DNA of 64,000 nucleotides from Halobacteriovoraceae bacterium (GTDB taxonomy: Bacteria > Bdellovibrionota > Bacteriovoracia > Bacteriovoracales > Bacteriovoracaceae), in contig CAVRCF010000002.1 in NCBI GenBank assembly GCA_963719505.1, positions 256,001 to 320,000 on the forward strand. The letters are read 5' to 3'. Below the pieces are notes generated by a model. The model searched no databases and was not told the origin of the DNA. It saw only the letters and a list, made by a program, of their open reading frames with translations. Shown piece by piece: positions 1 to 10,699 of the stretch (position 1 is its first letter; each line of letters begins with the position of its first letter). Made by a program: the position numbers and the translations under genes.

Positions 1-143
1 CTCATCTCTTTTATATCATAGACCAGGTTTTCACATTGACTACAGTGTCGACAACTATTATTAATCTTCTTCATTTGCTCCCACTTTTCATTACAAGGAG
101 AAGCTATTTCATATTGAATGTCTTTAATATTAAACTTTGTCAT
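1..143 (-). CDS. Partial CDS (runs off window start) with N-terminal Cys-rich PCxExW..M..RxCxxC..VxD motif
   Basis: Manual translation from ATG at 143: MTKFNIKDIQYEIASPCNEKWEQMKKINNSCRHCSQCENLVYDIKEM; absent from the ORF track because it is truncated. Confidence 0.65.
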   Translation of the reverse strand, partial: MTKFNIKDIQYEIASPCNEKWEQMKKINNSCRHCSQCENLVYDIKEM

Positions 144-500
144 AGGATATATTGTAGCTCAAGTATAGCTGGAGAGGATTAATTTAAATTAAGGTGATTG
201 TTGTATTTACGAATCTTCCTCATTATTAAGAACTTACATTGTTACTTCTGTTTTGGAGGTAATTCGCTCAATTCTGTTGGTGCCATTTAATGTACGCATA
301 GTTGGTCCTAGTTTTTTTATCTAGACCTTAACTAAATTCGTATAAATTTTTGACACTGTAATTATTAAAGTCAATTTTATCTCTCATCAAGATATCTTAA
401 TGCAATCTCTTAAGTACTATCGGGCACTTATTGTTCTCCATCACTATAGACTTTGGCATCACTTGTGCAAATTAAGAGTTAGAACTAACAGGGGAGATTT

Positions 501-770
501 ATGAAACTATTTACTGCATTTATTCTATTAACGTTATCTTTTAACTCTTTTTCATATAGTGTTGTTGATTCGATGTATGAATCAAAACTAGCGGATAACT
601 CATATCGACTTCCTGCTTCTGGTGTTGATCAATTTTGTCTTATGACTGATCAGAATAAACTCTTTGCTAATTCTTGTTACAGCGACGTTGATCTTTGCCA
701 AAAGAGATTGAACTTTTGGAAAAATCTACCAGGTGTAAAAAAACACACATGTGTTAAAATACAAAAATAA
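501..770 (+). CDS. Small secreted hypothetical protein with 4 Cys
   Basis: Signal-peptide-like N-terminus; GGGGAG RBS upstream. Confidence 0.7.
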   Translation: MKLFTAFILLTLSFNSFSYSVVDSMYESKLADNSYRLPASGVDQFCLMTDQNKLFANSCYSDVDLCQKRLNFWKNLPGVKKHTCVKIQK

Positions 771-792
771 ATTTTAAAAGCTAGGAAGGCTT

Positions 793-1659
793 ATGATTAA
801 ATTTCTACTCTTTTGTAGTGTGCTGTTTGTTTCTGCTGCAATTGCTCAAAACAATGAAAACTCTGATGATGTCAAAAAAGAATCAGTCGACCTGAAAGTC
901 GATGAAATAGATCTTTTGAAAAAACGAATCCAATATTTAGAGGACGTTCAGAATGAAAGCTCTGAGATCCTGAAAATGCAATTGGCTGATCAACACTTCG
1001 ATCAAAACAGCCGAGGATATTTTGAAGTCAAAATCGGTCAGTCTATGTTTTCTCCCGAAGAGATTGAGGATGAGAATGATGAATTTTACAGTAGCCTAGA
1101 CGGAGAGACAAATTGGGGCAAGTTTAGATCTGCAACAATCTTTGAATTTGAAATCGGAAAATCCTTTTTAGATCGAAATATCAATGGAAGTACCATCAAA
1201 CATGAAATTGGTATCGGTTATCAACTTTTTAAAGCTGAACAAGAAGCCAAATATAAACCTGACTCCGGTCAAACCATTAAAATTTACGAGACCGTAGATA
1301 TACATACTCTTTTTGCTCGATATGCAATGCTCTTTAGTCTTAGAGAAAATGGTAAGACGTTTTTTGGGCCAGGAGTAACGCTTGGTTATTCTCCGAAAAG
1401 TGATATCTCAATTGATTTTCGAAGTGAAGATGAAGGAGTTAAAGTTACCGGAGAGAGTACTTCATTTTTATTTGAAATCTTTGGTAAATTTAAAATGGAG
1501 CTTTCTCGCTATTCATTTTTTGTCATGAATGTTGGGTATCGGTCTCAACAGGCAGACGACTTGAGGCTTAGTGCCGCGGATATCGTAAGTATTTCGACAC
1601 AGACTGACTTAGATGCCTCAGGGCTATTTGGGACTTTAGGACTTGCGATTGCTTTTTAA
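793..1659 (+). CDS. Outer-membrane beta-barrel protein with N-terminal coiled coil
   Basis: Signal peptide, coiled segment DEIDLLKKRIQYLED, amphipathic beta-strands, C-terminal GLAIAF (terminal Phe). Confidence 0.7.
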   Translation: MIKFLLFCSVLFVSAAIAQNNENSDDVKKESVDLKVDEIDLLKKRIQYLEDVQNESSEILKMQLADQHFDQNSRGYFEVKIGQSMFSPEEIEDENDEFYSSLDGETNWGKFRSATIFEFEIGKSFLDRNINGSTIKHEIGIGYQLFKAEQEAKYKPDSGQTIKIYETVDIHTLFARYAMLFSLRENGKTFFGPGVTLGYSPKSDISIDFRSEDEGVKVTGESTSFLFEIFGKFKMELSRYSFFVMNVGYRSQQADDLRLSAADIVSISTQTDLDASGLFGTLGLAIAF

Positions 1660-1952
1660 CTGAGTTTGTTCTAGAAAATACCTTGAGAATAATCCAAAAC
1701 TAACATGCATCTAAAGAGATTCCTTTTTGTGGTCTTTCCTTAATTTAAATTAACTATTTATTTCGAAATTTGCCTCTGTCGTGTCGTATAATTAAAGAAT
1801 GATTTATAAAATAAACAGCAAACTTATTAATATTTCTTTTTTGAGAAACTATTTGAATAGATACAAAACCGACTCAGATCAGATGTATATTGATTTGTCA
1901 GGGGCTGAGTTTACTTGGGAAATCAAGATTAACTATAAATGGAGATAATATT

Positions 1953-2333
1953 ATGAAAAATTATTTAGTATCTGTTATGGCATTTTGCTCAATGTGCATG
2001 GCCATAAGTATCTTTACATTTGCATCAGGACTGCTATCCGTCCTGTCACCTGAGGCATCCTTGAGTTCCTCAGTATTCTCTAAATATAATGATATTAAAT
2101 ACTATACCCAGGTGACAGAAGAAAATAAGTACGAAAAAGACGATGAAAAAGTTGAGAAACGCTCTGATGAAGAAATTAAAGAAGAGTGGAAAACATATAA
2201 AAGAGCTAAAATCTCAGCGGAAAAGCATGATGGAATGAGTTCTATAACAAGTTCAATAGTTTCGTTGCTTGTATTCGGATCTATATTTTTATTTAAATGG
2301 TTCCTATACAGAAAAATGAAGAAAGTAAATTGA
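1953..2333 (+). CDS. Hypothetical two-TM membrane protein
   Basis: ATG 1953 after GGAG; hydrophobic helices at both ends around a charged loop. Confidence 0.65.
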   Translation: MKNYLVSVMAFCSMCMAISIFTFASGLLSVLSPEASLSSSVFSKYNDIKYYTQVTEENKYEKDDEKVEKRSDEEIKEEWKTYKRAKISAEKHDGMSSITSSIVSLLVFGSIFLFKWFLYRKMKKVN

Positions 2334-2473
2334 TATAAAACAATAATATAGAGAAGTTTATTGAAAGTATCAGGAGTTGTGTCGAACAATTAATAATTGA
2401 AAATACCGCTAATCTTTTAATCACCTGATGAATTTTCTTCAGAAGGGTATCGATTATGGTTGTTTGAAATTCT

Positions 2474-2650
2474 TTATCTTGTTTCTACTGCGATTGCTTT
2501 GTTTTCAATAGTCCACTTATAATCCATAATTTTCTTACATCCTTTATGTAAAAGAATAAGGAGTATTAGAATTAGCAGTATTGAAGTAGTTAAATTCTCA
2601 TTAAACTTCTTATTAAATTTTTTGATAATCTTTTTAAAAAAACATCTCAT
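2474..2650 (-). CDS. Possible 58-aa single-TM peptide
   Basis: Manual translation MRCFFKKIIKKFNKKFNENLTTSILLILILLILLHKGCKK...; below the ORF-track cutoff. Confidence 0.3.
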   Translation of the reverse strand: MRCFFKKIIKKFNKKFNENLTTSILLILILLILLHKGCKKIMDYKWTIENKAIAVETR

Positions 2651-2905
2651 TGTATAGTCTCATTCTAGGTTCTCTCTCATGACTCTTGTCTTATAACCTC
2701 GATCTTGTGTTAAGTGAATATTTGAAATATTAACTATGTAATACTGAAAACATCTCTTTCTCCGTCAAAGATTCTTAATTATATTTAAGGTTTGGCTCCT
2801 TATATAAGCAAATCAAACGTTTTGCAGCGGCATTGAGGAGCATTAAGATTTATTAACTAATTCTTGATCGTTTAGATGCCGAAGGGATTAAAGATAGGAG
2901 AATTA

Positions 2906-5618
2906 ATGAGATTATTTTTAACATTTTTATATATAGGACTTCTGCCACAATGCTTTGCTAGGTGGGCGACCTTTGACGATCTTAGTTATGAAATCACAAA
3001 TAATGAAACCTTCGTTGAAGTCAATAAAGACGGAAGCTATACCGAGAAAAATGAAATCTCATACAAGATACTAAAAAAAGAGGGTATTGAAGCTTTAAAA
3101 TTTCGCCAAGTGACTTTTGATGAAAATATATCAAAAGTTGTCATTACAAAAGCTGAGACAGTTAATAATGGAGTCATCTCTCCTATAGATATCACGAAAC
3201 TAACTTCTAAGTCTTTAAGTGAAAAAGATCAGGGATTTAACTCATACAAGGCCTTTAAAATAGGCTTTCATAATTTAAGTATTGGGACAACGGTACGGTA
3301 TGGGTATACAAGAACCACCAATAAGCCATCAGTTTTAGGGCATTACTCACAAAGACATGTTTTTGGTCTTTATGAATTTGAGAAATCCAGCCGGACAGTT
3401 GTGAAGTCAAAAATACCTATTAACTATTTTCTTAATGATAATAAAAAGGTCTTAGATGTTAAGAAGTATGAAAAAGATGGTCACTACTTTATTGAGTTGG
3501 CACTTAAAAAGCCAGTTCTGCGCCTACCTGTTGGGGAGTACTTCTCAAGTCTTGTAAAAGAAGAGGTCGCATTTATTGATATCTCAACAGATGATAATTG
3601 GGACTTTTTAACAAAAAGAATTGAACCTCAGTACAGATCAGTTTATGAACAGAAGATTCCTGAAGAATTCCAATATATTTTATCTAATGCATCAAAGATT
3701 ACATCTCATAAAGATAAAGTTACTTATACGTTGTCTGAAATTATAAAAAAGATTACCTATATTGGTTACTGGAATACTTCAAAGGGAAAGCTTATCCCAA
3801 GAGACCTAAGTGAAATCGCAAAAACCATGACGGGTGATTGTAAGGATTTTACGAGTCTTACTGTGTCCCTTTTGAAAGCTCAAGGAATTGTCTCGTATCC
3901 TTCCCCTAGTTTATAGAGGAATGAAGGGGAGTGGCTATTTTCCCCAGTCCTTGGCGCCATCTATGAGTGCGTTTAATCATGTGGTTGTGGCCGTGGACGC
4001 TGATGAAGGTACCTATTGGGTGGATCCTACTAATAAAGTCTCTTTTGGAGGGGCCATGGAAGATATCTCTGATAGAGAAACTTTTGTGTTAAAGCCGAAT
4101 AATAAAGATCTTGATAGAATTATTGATGGGATGACTTCTAGCATGCTCGTTAAGCAAGCTTTCGATTTTGAAGGAGATCTTGTAAAAGCTCGGGGGATAT
4201 TGAAGTACGATGGAATTTTTGCCAAAGCGTTTCATTCTGGTTCTAAGGACGAAAATGAACATGATAAATCACTACTAAAGTCATCAAACGAGAGACTGTC
4301 TCCTTTTGACTGGAAAATTTCAGGACTCAAAAGAAATTCGAATATAATTAAAAATGAGAAGGTTAATTTTACATATAGCGCAAAGAATAATTTGTTAAAA
4401 GAAGATGAATGGTTTCTTTACGAGTTTGAAAATAAGATCACTAAAGTTTATGCCCTTGCAAATAAAAAGAGAGTAACTGACTTTTATATCTCCTCTAAGC
4501 TAAAGCATAAAGAGATGACTTTTCTAAAAGGTGCAAAGATTGTCGATTCATCTTTTGCAAATTGCAATGTCAAATCGAAGTGGATTGATGTTTCGAGAAA
4601 AATTACCGAGAACAAGAAAGGCATTAAGGTTATCTCTAAATTCGAAATAAAGAAAAAAACTCTTAAGCATGAAGACTTTATTAAAGATGAATGGGAAATT
4701 TTAGTCGATAGAATTGACAGCTGTGCCAATACTAATTTTTCATTCACATTAGATAAAAATTTTATCAAAGAGGATCCATTGAAAGAGCTTTTTGCTGGCG
4801 GAAAGTTAAATTTGTCAGTACTAGAGGATCTTTCAGATAATAGGAGTAATAGAAAACTTCTTCAGGTCTCTAATAGTCTCATAAAGAAACTGCCGGATAA
4901 TCCTTATGGTTATTATTTTGCAAGCAAGGCGACAAGAATGCTTGGCTATCATAGCTATGGAACCTTTGAGGGAGACTCTCTTTCAAAAGCTCTCTCCTTA
5001 GCGGATAAAATGATAAAACTTGATCCCCGAAATGTACTTTTTATCGACTATTATTCTCAATTAAATTCAAATGCCGATAATGATGAAGTTGCTAAAAAGT
5101 ATCAAAAGATTTTGGAAAATGATTTTCCTAATCATCCGCTTACTCAATATAGAATTGCATCGATGTATACCCAAGGCTCGGAGGCCAAGGAGCGTGTCCT
5201 ACTCGACTTTGTTTTAAAAAACATTGATCAGTTAACGAGAGAGCATAAAATTGATTTTTATAGTTTTTTTGGAGACCAATTAATTAAAAAGTTGAGGCTA
5301 AAAAAAATGTTTTAAGTGGCCAATCCAGGGGGGGAAGGGAAAACAAAGGGTGGGGGAGAAGGGGAAAAAAAAAAAAGGAGAGAAATGAAAGGGGAAAATA
5401 AAAAAAAAAAAATAAAATCAGAGTCGTTTTTTAGGATAAAGGCTGAATACTTTGCTGGCAGGTTAGAATTCTTTCATGGCAAAAAGTCGAGAGAACCCGC
5501 AAGTTTGGCCAAGGCCAAAAAGCACTTTGATAGAGTTGGTGAGATTTCTCCAAAAGATAAGCACTTTGTTGAGCAGTACCTTTTAGATATTGAAAAAATG
5601 AATAAAGAATCAAAATAG
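2906..5618 (+). CDS. Secreted DUF3857/transglutaminase-like protein with C-terminal TPR region, split by a frameshift (~3905) and a low-quality patch (~5270-5430)
   Basis: Catalytic-triad motifs GDCKD, FNHVV and WVDPT are spread across ORFs 2876-3916 and 3888-5315; removing one C from CCCC near 3905 joins them; TPR-like helices follow. Confidence 0.75.
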
Positions 5619-5826
5619 CTTTGTCATAGTAAGTTTAGGGATCCTCCCTCGTGGGTTGTCTCACGATTGTCAAAGCTTTGTAGCATCTTATGTGTTTCCA
5701 CGCATTTAAAGTTCATATCCTCTTATTCTAAAAGGATCGAGACAAATACCTGAAAATTTGTTAGTATAGATGTCTTAAATTAAGTTTCTCACCATAATTA
5801 GAGTCACAATGAGCTAAGAATTGCCT

Positions 5827-7173
5827 ATGACACAAAAATTCAAAATTGTATATGCAGAGGACAATGTCATCTTAAGAGATCTTCTTGGATCGACGATTGA
5901 AGGCGAGCTGGAATGTGAGCTGGTGGAATTTGATTCTGGCAATGAGCTCATTTCATATATGAAAGAGAATGACGATGTAAAACTGGTTTTAACCGATTAC
6001 AATATGCCAGATGGTAATGGCGGCGATGTCTATGGCTATTTAAAAGAAAATGGAAACAAAGTCCCTTGTCTGTTGATTAGCTCTGATTTCCCAGAGGATC
6101 ACGCTGAATTTAGTGATTTCTACCAAACCAACAGTTATAATCATTATTTCGAAAAACCTTTTGATATTGAAAAAGTGTTGAATTTTATCAAAAAACTTGT
6201 TCCCTCTGATAGTGATCGCGAATACAAGCCAGTTAAAATTGAAAGGTTCTTTAATCACAACCCAGTAAGTGTTGACGTGTATATCCGTCTGTCTGAGCAA
6301 AAGTATGTAAAATTAATTAAAGAAGGTGATGTCTTTATTAAAGGTCAGTTACAAAGATATATTGATGATGAGAAAATTAAGTTTTTTTATGTGAAGGCGG
6401 CGGAATTTAAACACTTTATAGATTCTTTTTCTGAGCAATTGGAGTCAATCTTAAGTCAAAAAGATCTAAAATTTGAAAATAGATTTGAGACTGAACTTGT
6501 CGGTGCAGCCTTTATTCATGATATTTGTAATGATCTTGGAATTAATGAAGTCACTATTGATACAGTGAACGCAATAACGAAATCGACAGTTTCAACGATT
6601 AAAAAAAGTAACCCTAAAGTTTTTAAAATGCTTTTAGAGATGATGACTAATGACGGATTTCTCTATTCTCACAGCTTAATGACCTCTTATATTAGTTGTG
6701 AAATCGCTCAAAAAATGGAGTGGAGTACATCTTCAATTTATAAAAAATTTAGTATTGCGTCTCTTTTGCATGATATAGGTCTTAGCGAAGCTTCCTCAAG
6801 GGTCAATATACTGACGAATGAGAGTTTAAGCGATAGTTTGAGCGCGGCTGAGCTTAACTTTTTAAAGGAGCATCCTCAGCTCAATTATGAACTCGTCCAC
6901 GAGATAGAAAGTTTTCCCTCTGATGTTGGTACGTTAATCCTCACGCACCATGAAAGACCTGATGGATCTGGCTTTCCTAGAGGTTTGGGGTCTTTAAAAA
7001 CGTCTCCACTGAGTTGTACTTTTAATTTGGCCCACGAATTTGTTCATCATTTTTTTGAACACAATTGTGATAGTTCTAAAGTAGAAGATATCTTGCAGAT
7101 TTTAAAAACCGAGTTCAATGTTGGAAATTATAAGAAACCTTTTGAGGCGCTTGTTCAAATTGTCGGTAAATAA
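5827..7173 (+). CDS. Response regulator with REC and HD-GYP-like domains
   Basis: REC motifs AEDN, TDYNMP, KPF; HD-GYP motifs LLHDIG and HHERPDGSGFPRGL. Confidence 0.85.
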   Translation: MTQKFKIVYAEDNVILRDLLGSTIEGELECELVEFDSGNELISYMKENDDVKLVLTDYNMPDGNGGDVYGYLKENGNKVPCLLISSDFPEDHAEFSDFYQTNSYNHYFEKPFDIEKVLNFIKKLVPSDSDREYKPVKIERFFNHNPVSVDVYIRLSEQKYVKLIKEGDVFIKGQLQRYIDDEKIKFFYVKAAEFKHFIDSFSEQLESILSQKDLKFENRFETELVGAAFIHDICNDLGINEVTIDTVNAITKSTVSTIKKSNPKVFKMLLEMMTNDGFLYSHSLMTSYISCEIAQKMEWSTSSIYKKFSIASLLHDIGLSEASSRVNILTNESLSDSLSAAELNFLKEHPQLNYELVHEIESFPSDVGTLILTHHERPDGSGFPRGLGSLKTSPLSCTFNLAHEFVHHFFEHNCDSSKVEDILQILKTEFNVGNYKKPFEALVQIVGK

Positions 7174-7408
7174 ATTTCATATTTCACGAGCTCAATTATT
7201 TCTCAGTAGTTCTCCCGTCTTAAATTTTTCAATTCATTTTGGCTTCCATTTTGAGACCGCCATCCAATAATCTCTACTAAAGAGTCAAAGTGGGACTGTC
7301 ACTGCGCACCTTGCGGCGCGGCAAGGGCCTGAATTTTTGTTCTTTATCACTGGCTTTTAAATTGCAGACTGAAATACACAAGTATTTAAAGAATTTAAAA
7401 GGAGTGCA

Positions 7409-7825
7409 ATGAAAAGTTTAATCTGTATGGTTTTTATGTTTTCCCTGACAAGCTCTTTTGCCAGTTGTCTCTCTGATCTCAGTGGTTATTTTGGATCGAG
7501 TGAAGCGCAAAGAAGATGTCGTGGTGTAAGAGATTTTTGTTTTGATGACGCTAGAAGATCAATGGGACCTGGAAATAGTGCAAGCCACTGTCAGAGTGTT
7601 CATTCTGAATCTTGCTACGACGCTATGAGAAGATACTACGGACCTGGTCAATCGGCTAAAACGTGTAAACGTGTCTACAGCTCAGAGTGCTTTGAGACTT
7701 TAAATCGATACAAGGGACCAGTTGAGTCAGCTCAAACCTGTCAAAATGTAAGAGCGAGTTGCTTTAGTGAGCAGCGCCAAAGAGGCAAAGGCCCGGTAAC
7801 TTCAGCAAATAATTGTAAACGATAA
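7409..7825 (+). CDS. Secreted Cys-rich tandem-repeat protein
   Basis: Signal peptide; about five ~25-aa repeats C[FY]...GPxxSAxxC; AAGGAG RBS. Confidence 0.75.
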   Translation: MKSLICMVFMFSLTSSFASCLSDLSGYFGSSEAQRRCRGVRDFCFDDARRSMGPGNSASHCQSVHSESCYDAMRRYYGPGQSAKTCKRVYSSECFETLNRYKGPVESAQTCQNVRASCFSEQRQRGKGPVTSANNCKR

Positions 7826-7838
7826 TTTAGGAGAGAAA

Positions 7839-8387
7839 ATGAAATATTTAATTATAGGTCTCGTATCCCTTATGAGTTTCGCAAGCTTCGCAGCTCGTGA
7901 CTTTAATATTATAAATGGAGGGATTAATATCTCTCGAGTGCATGCCTTTGAAGGGAAGGAGCTGATGTTGTCAGAAATTCCAGCTGTTTTTTCTTATTCA
8001 AAAGACTTCACTTATTGTGGGCTTAAAGTGAATAAGACAATTCTCAAGTGTAGCTTTATTGATATGGCTTACATAATGCCAGGAATCCCTTTTATTAAGT
8101 TTGAAAAAGACGTAGCTTCAAACATCCTAAAACTGCAGGGTCTTATTGACTACCTTGATGATATCGTTGAAATCATGGCACCTCTTCCGGTAGATCCAAA
8201 TGCGTCTATGCAGCGAGTGGGCTATCCCTTTCCTTCACCAGGAAGAGATACTGATGCAGGCTTTTTTTACTATAACGACCAAAGGGGAAGCTCTGTAAGA
8301 GAAAGCGGTGAATACTACTATCCGCTAAGATTGCAAACTTATGTGCCTGAAGAGTCTTTTCATATTGAGTTTGTACCGAGCAAGTAA
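7839..8387 (+). CDS. Secreted hypothetical protein
   Basis: Signal peptide ending ASFA; AGGAG RBS; 13 bp after the previous gene. Confidence 0.7.
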   Translation: MKYLIIGLVSLMSFASFAARDFNIINGGINISRVHAFEGKELMLSEIPAVFSYSKDFTYCGLKVNKTILKCSFIDMAYIMPGIPFIKFEKDVASNILKLQGLIDYLDDIVEIMAPLPVDPNASMQRVGYPFPSPGRDTDAGFFYYNDQRGSSVRESGEYYYPLRLQTYVPEESFHIEFVPSK

Positions 8388-8508
8388 AGGTTTATTGGCG
8401 GTCTTAAAATAGAAAATTGATGACTTGCATGACTAAATGTGAAGCTTAATACATATTCTGTTCAAGCTTTTAAGAGGTGTTACTCTTTTTGATATGTCAT
8501 GTTGAAGT

Positions 8509-8640
8509 ATGAAAAATAAGCAACTCTATTTTAAAATTTTTGTTTTTATACTTATTATCTTGGGTCTTGTGGTTACTTTTAATTCAAATCAGCAAAGTAA
8601 TATTTCTCCTGAAAGTAACCCGCCAACCTTTTCTCAATAG
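8509..8640 (+). CDS. Possible 43-aa membrane-anchored peptide
   Basis: Manual translation MKNKQLYFKIFVFILIILGLVVTFNSNQQSNISPESNPPTFSQ; stops just before a hairpin. Confidence 0.35.
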   Translation: MKNKQLYFKIFVFILIILGLVVTFNSNQQSNISPESNPPTFSQ

Positions 8641-8642
8641 AT

Positions 8643-8671
8643 AAAAAAACCCTCGTCTATAAAAGACGAGG
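8643..8671 (-). terminator. Intrinsic terminator of the BON gene (possibly bidirectional)
   Basis: CCTCGTCT-ATAAA-AGACGAGG stem preceded by A7 on + (U-tract on -). Confidence 0.75.
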
Positions 8672-8696
8672 CTTAAAGCTTTTTTCGAATAGTTAT

Positions 8697-9017
8697 CTAT
8701 TCTGCCATTTCATCTTTGATATCTTTTCTTACGAAGATTGCATCCTTGACTTCGGTCACGCCCTTAGTCTCATTTGCGATCTCAAGTGCTCTGTCTTTTT
8801 GCTCTTGAGTCTTAACAAAACCTGCAAGAATTACGGTTCCCTTGTAAGACTCGACATCAATATTAGTAGCAGCTGTTAGGCTCGATGCAACTAATTTTGA
8901 TTTAATCTTACCTGAAATCGCTGAATTACTTAAGTACTGAGATGTTGATTCTCTGTCTTGAGTACTACTACATGCTGCAATCCCTAGCATTAACATCATT
9001 GTCATAAAAATTTTCAT
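8697..9017 (-). CDS. BON-domain lipoprotein (OsmY-like)
   Basis: Lipobox IAAC; BON pattern IKSKL...IDVESYKGTVILAGFV...A.EIA..TKGVTEV. Confidence 0.9.
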   Translation of the reverse strand: MKIFMTMMLMLGIAACSSTQDRESTSQYLSNSAISGKIKSKLVASSLTAATNIDVESYKGTVILAGFVKTQEQKDRALEIANETKGVTEVKDAIFVRKDIKDEMAE

Positions 9018-9201
9018 ATTAACTCCTTTGTTTGTTACGAAGAAGATTACGCTTGATCAAATTAAAATTCTTTTAAGTTATTTAGCTTAAATGTGTAGCT
9101 TTATATAAATAGAATCAAAGTCGTTTGGGCAATCTTTGAATTTGTTAAAGCTGTTCTTCCTTGCTATGTTGAGAAATTAACTTTTATCTAAAGGCAGGGG
9201 T

Positions 9202-9699
9202 ATGGAGAATTCAGAATATATTAGAATTATTGCTACAGCGATAATTATTGTCGTCTACTTGATCATTCTTGTTCGAATTTGCGGTCTTAGAAGTTTTAGT
9301 AAAATGACGGGATTTGATTTTGCCATCACAATTGCAACAGGGACTTTAATGGCAAGTCCCATAATAAATTCTAAAATTTCTTTATTGCATGGCCTCGTTT
9401 CAGTGACAGCTCTTTTTGTCATACAGTGGACGGTAAGTAAGCTTAGAAAAAGAATCAAGTTTTTCTCTAAACTTATAGATAATGAACCTAAGCTTCTCTT
9501 TAAAAATGGAAAGTTTTTAGATGATAATCTGTCTAAATCAAGAGTCACAAAGGCTGACATCGTTGCCAAGATGAGAGAGGCCAATGCAACTGATCTTAGT
9601 AAGATCACTGCTGTAGTACTTGAATCGACTGGGGACATTAGTGTTTTACACGGTGATAAAGAGGTCGATAGTCTAATGCTTGAGGGTGTCAAATCCTAG
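9202..9699 (+). CDS. DUF421/YetF family membrane protein
   Basis: GLRSFSKMTGFDF and VLESTGDISV motifs; three TM helices. Confidence 0.9.
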   Translation: MENSEYIRIIATAIIIVVYLIILVRICGLRSFSKMTGFDFAITIATGTLMASPIINSKISLLHGLVSVTALFVIQWTVSKLRKRIKFFSKLIDNEPKLLFKNGKFLDDNLSKSRVTKADIVAKMREANATDLSKITAVVLESTGDISVLHGDKEVDSLMLEGVKS

Positions 9700-9835
9700 T
9701 CTTTATTAGGAAGTGAGCTAGCGTGTCAAAGAATCACATCAATATCAAGGCGTGGAGTCCTTTTACTGTTTTGAGACAAAAACGAATCAAGTTTTACCAA
9801 TATTTCCCATGACTCATTTTCTTTTAGCTGATACC

Positions 9836-9867
9836 TTGACTCTGTACCATAGTACGGAGTGTATAGT
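9836..9867 (+). promoter_or_regulatory. MerR-type promoter/operator
   Basis: -35 TTGACT (9836-9841), 20-bp spacer, -10 TATAGT (9862-9867); dyad ACTCTGTAC-CATA-GTACGGAGT (9839-9860), closely resembling the mer operator. Confidence 0.85.
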
Positions 9868-9873
9868 ATGAGC

Positions 9874-10278
9874 ATGAACGAAAAACTTACCATTGGAAAA
9901 CTGGCCGAAGCCTCTGAAGTGGAGTGGAAACGATTCGTTTTTATGAACGAAAAGGATTTATCAAACAACCCAAGAAACAGGGATCATTTCGGTATTATTC
10001 CCCAGAATTAATTGATCGGATCAGGTTTATTAAAAGCTCACAGGAACTTGGATTTACTCTAAAAGAGGTAAAAGAGCTTTTAGATCTTAAAATTAAAAAT
10101 CAGTCCAGGTGCAGTGATGTCCTAGAAAAAACCAATAAAAATTATTGAAATAAATGAAAAAATTAAAGACTTAAAGAAAATGAAAAAATCTCTTGAAGGT
10201 CTTGCTAAGTGTTGCAGATCTAGTGAAATGCCTTTAAGTGATTGTCCGATTCTTGAGTGTTTTTTGGAGAATAGATGA
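9874..10278 (+). pseudogene. MerR-family metal-responsive regulator, two apparent frameshifts (probably sequencing errors)
   Basis: Rejoined protein MNEKLTIGKLAEASEV-VETIRFYERKG...GFTLKEVKELL...RCSDV...AKCCRSSEMPLSDCPILEC; breaks at ~9920 and ~10140. Confidence 0.85.
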
Positions 10279-10699
10279 AAAATGTTTTATTTTTATGCAC
10301 AGGAAATTCATGTCGATCTCAGATGGCGGAAGGTTGGGGAAAGAATCTCATGGGGAATAAGTTTAATTTCTATTCCGCTGGAACCAAAAAACATGGTCTA
10401 AATGAAAGAGCTGTAAAGGTTATGACGGAAGCAGACGTTGATATCTCAAGCATGAATCAAACACCACTAGTGAGCTACCAGAGTCACATATGGATTTTGT
10501 ATTTACTGTTTGTTCTGATGCTCATGAGAATTGTCCCTTTTTTCCAGGAGGAAAAGTTATTCACGTTGGGTTTGATGATCCACCAAGACTTACAAAAGAG
10601 ATGAGCGATGAAGAAGAAATTCTGAATGTTTACCGCAGAGTTCGAGATGAAATTAAAGAGGTTGTCACAAATATAGAAACATATATGGAGAAAAAATAA
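10275..10699 (+). pseudogene. arsC: Arsenate reductase, thioredoxin-coupled LMWP type, one apparent frameshift at ~10448
   Basis: [17 protein letters not shown]-loop; [15 protein letters not shown] and FDDP in the second frame. Confidence 0.9.

Noticed and set aside
2858-2885. Sigma28-like promoter before the transglutaminase gene
   Set aside because: GCCGAAGG is present but the -35 match is weak
5316-5618. Separate Lys/Gly/Glu-rich protein or functional purine tract
   Set aside because: Homopolymer-rich segment looks like a consensus error; the 3' part reads as the TPR tail of the upstream gene
9836-10278. Mercury resistance (mer) operon
   Set aside because: Only the regulator and operator are mer-like; downstream genes are ars genes
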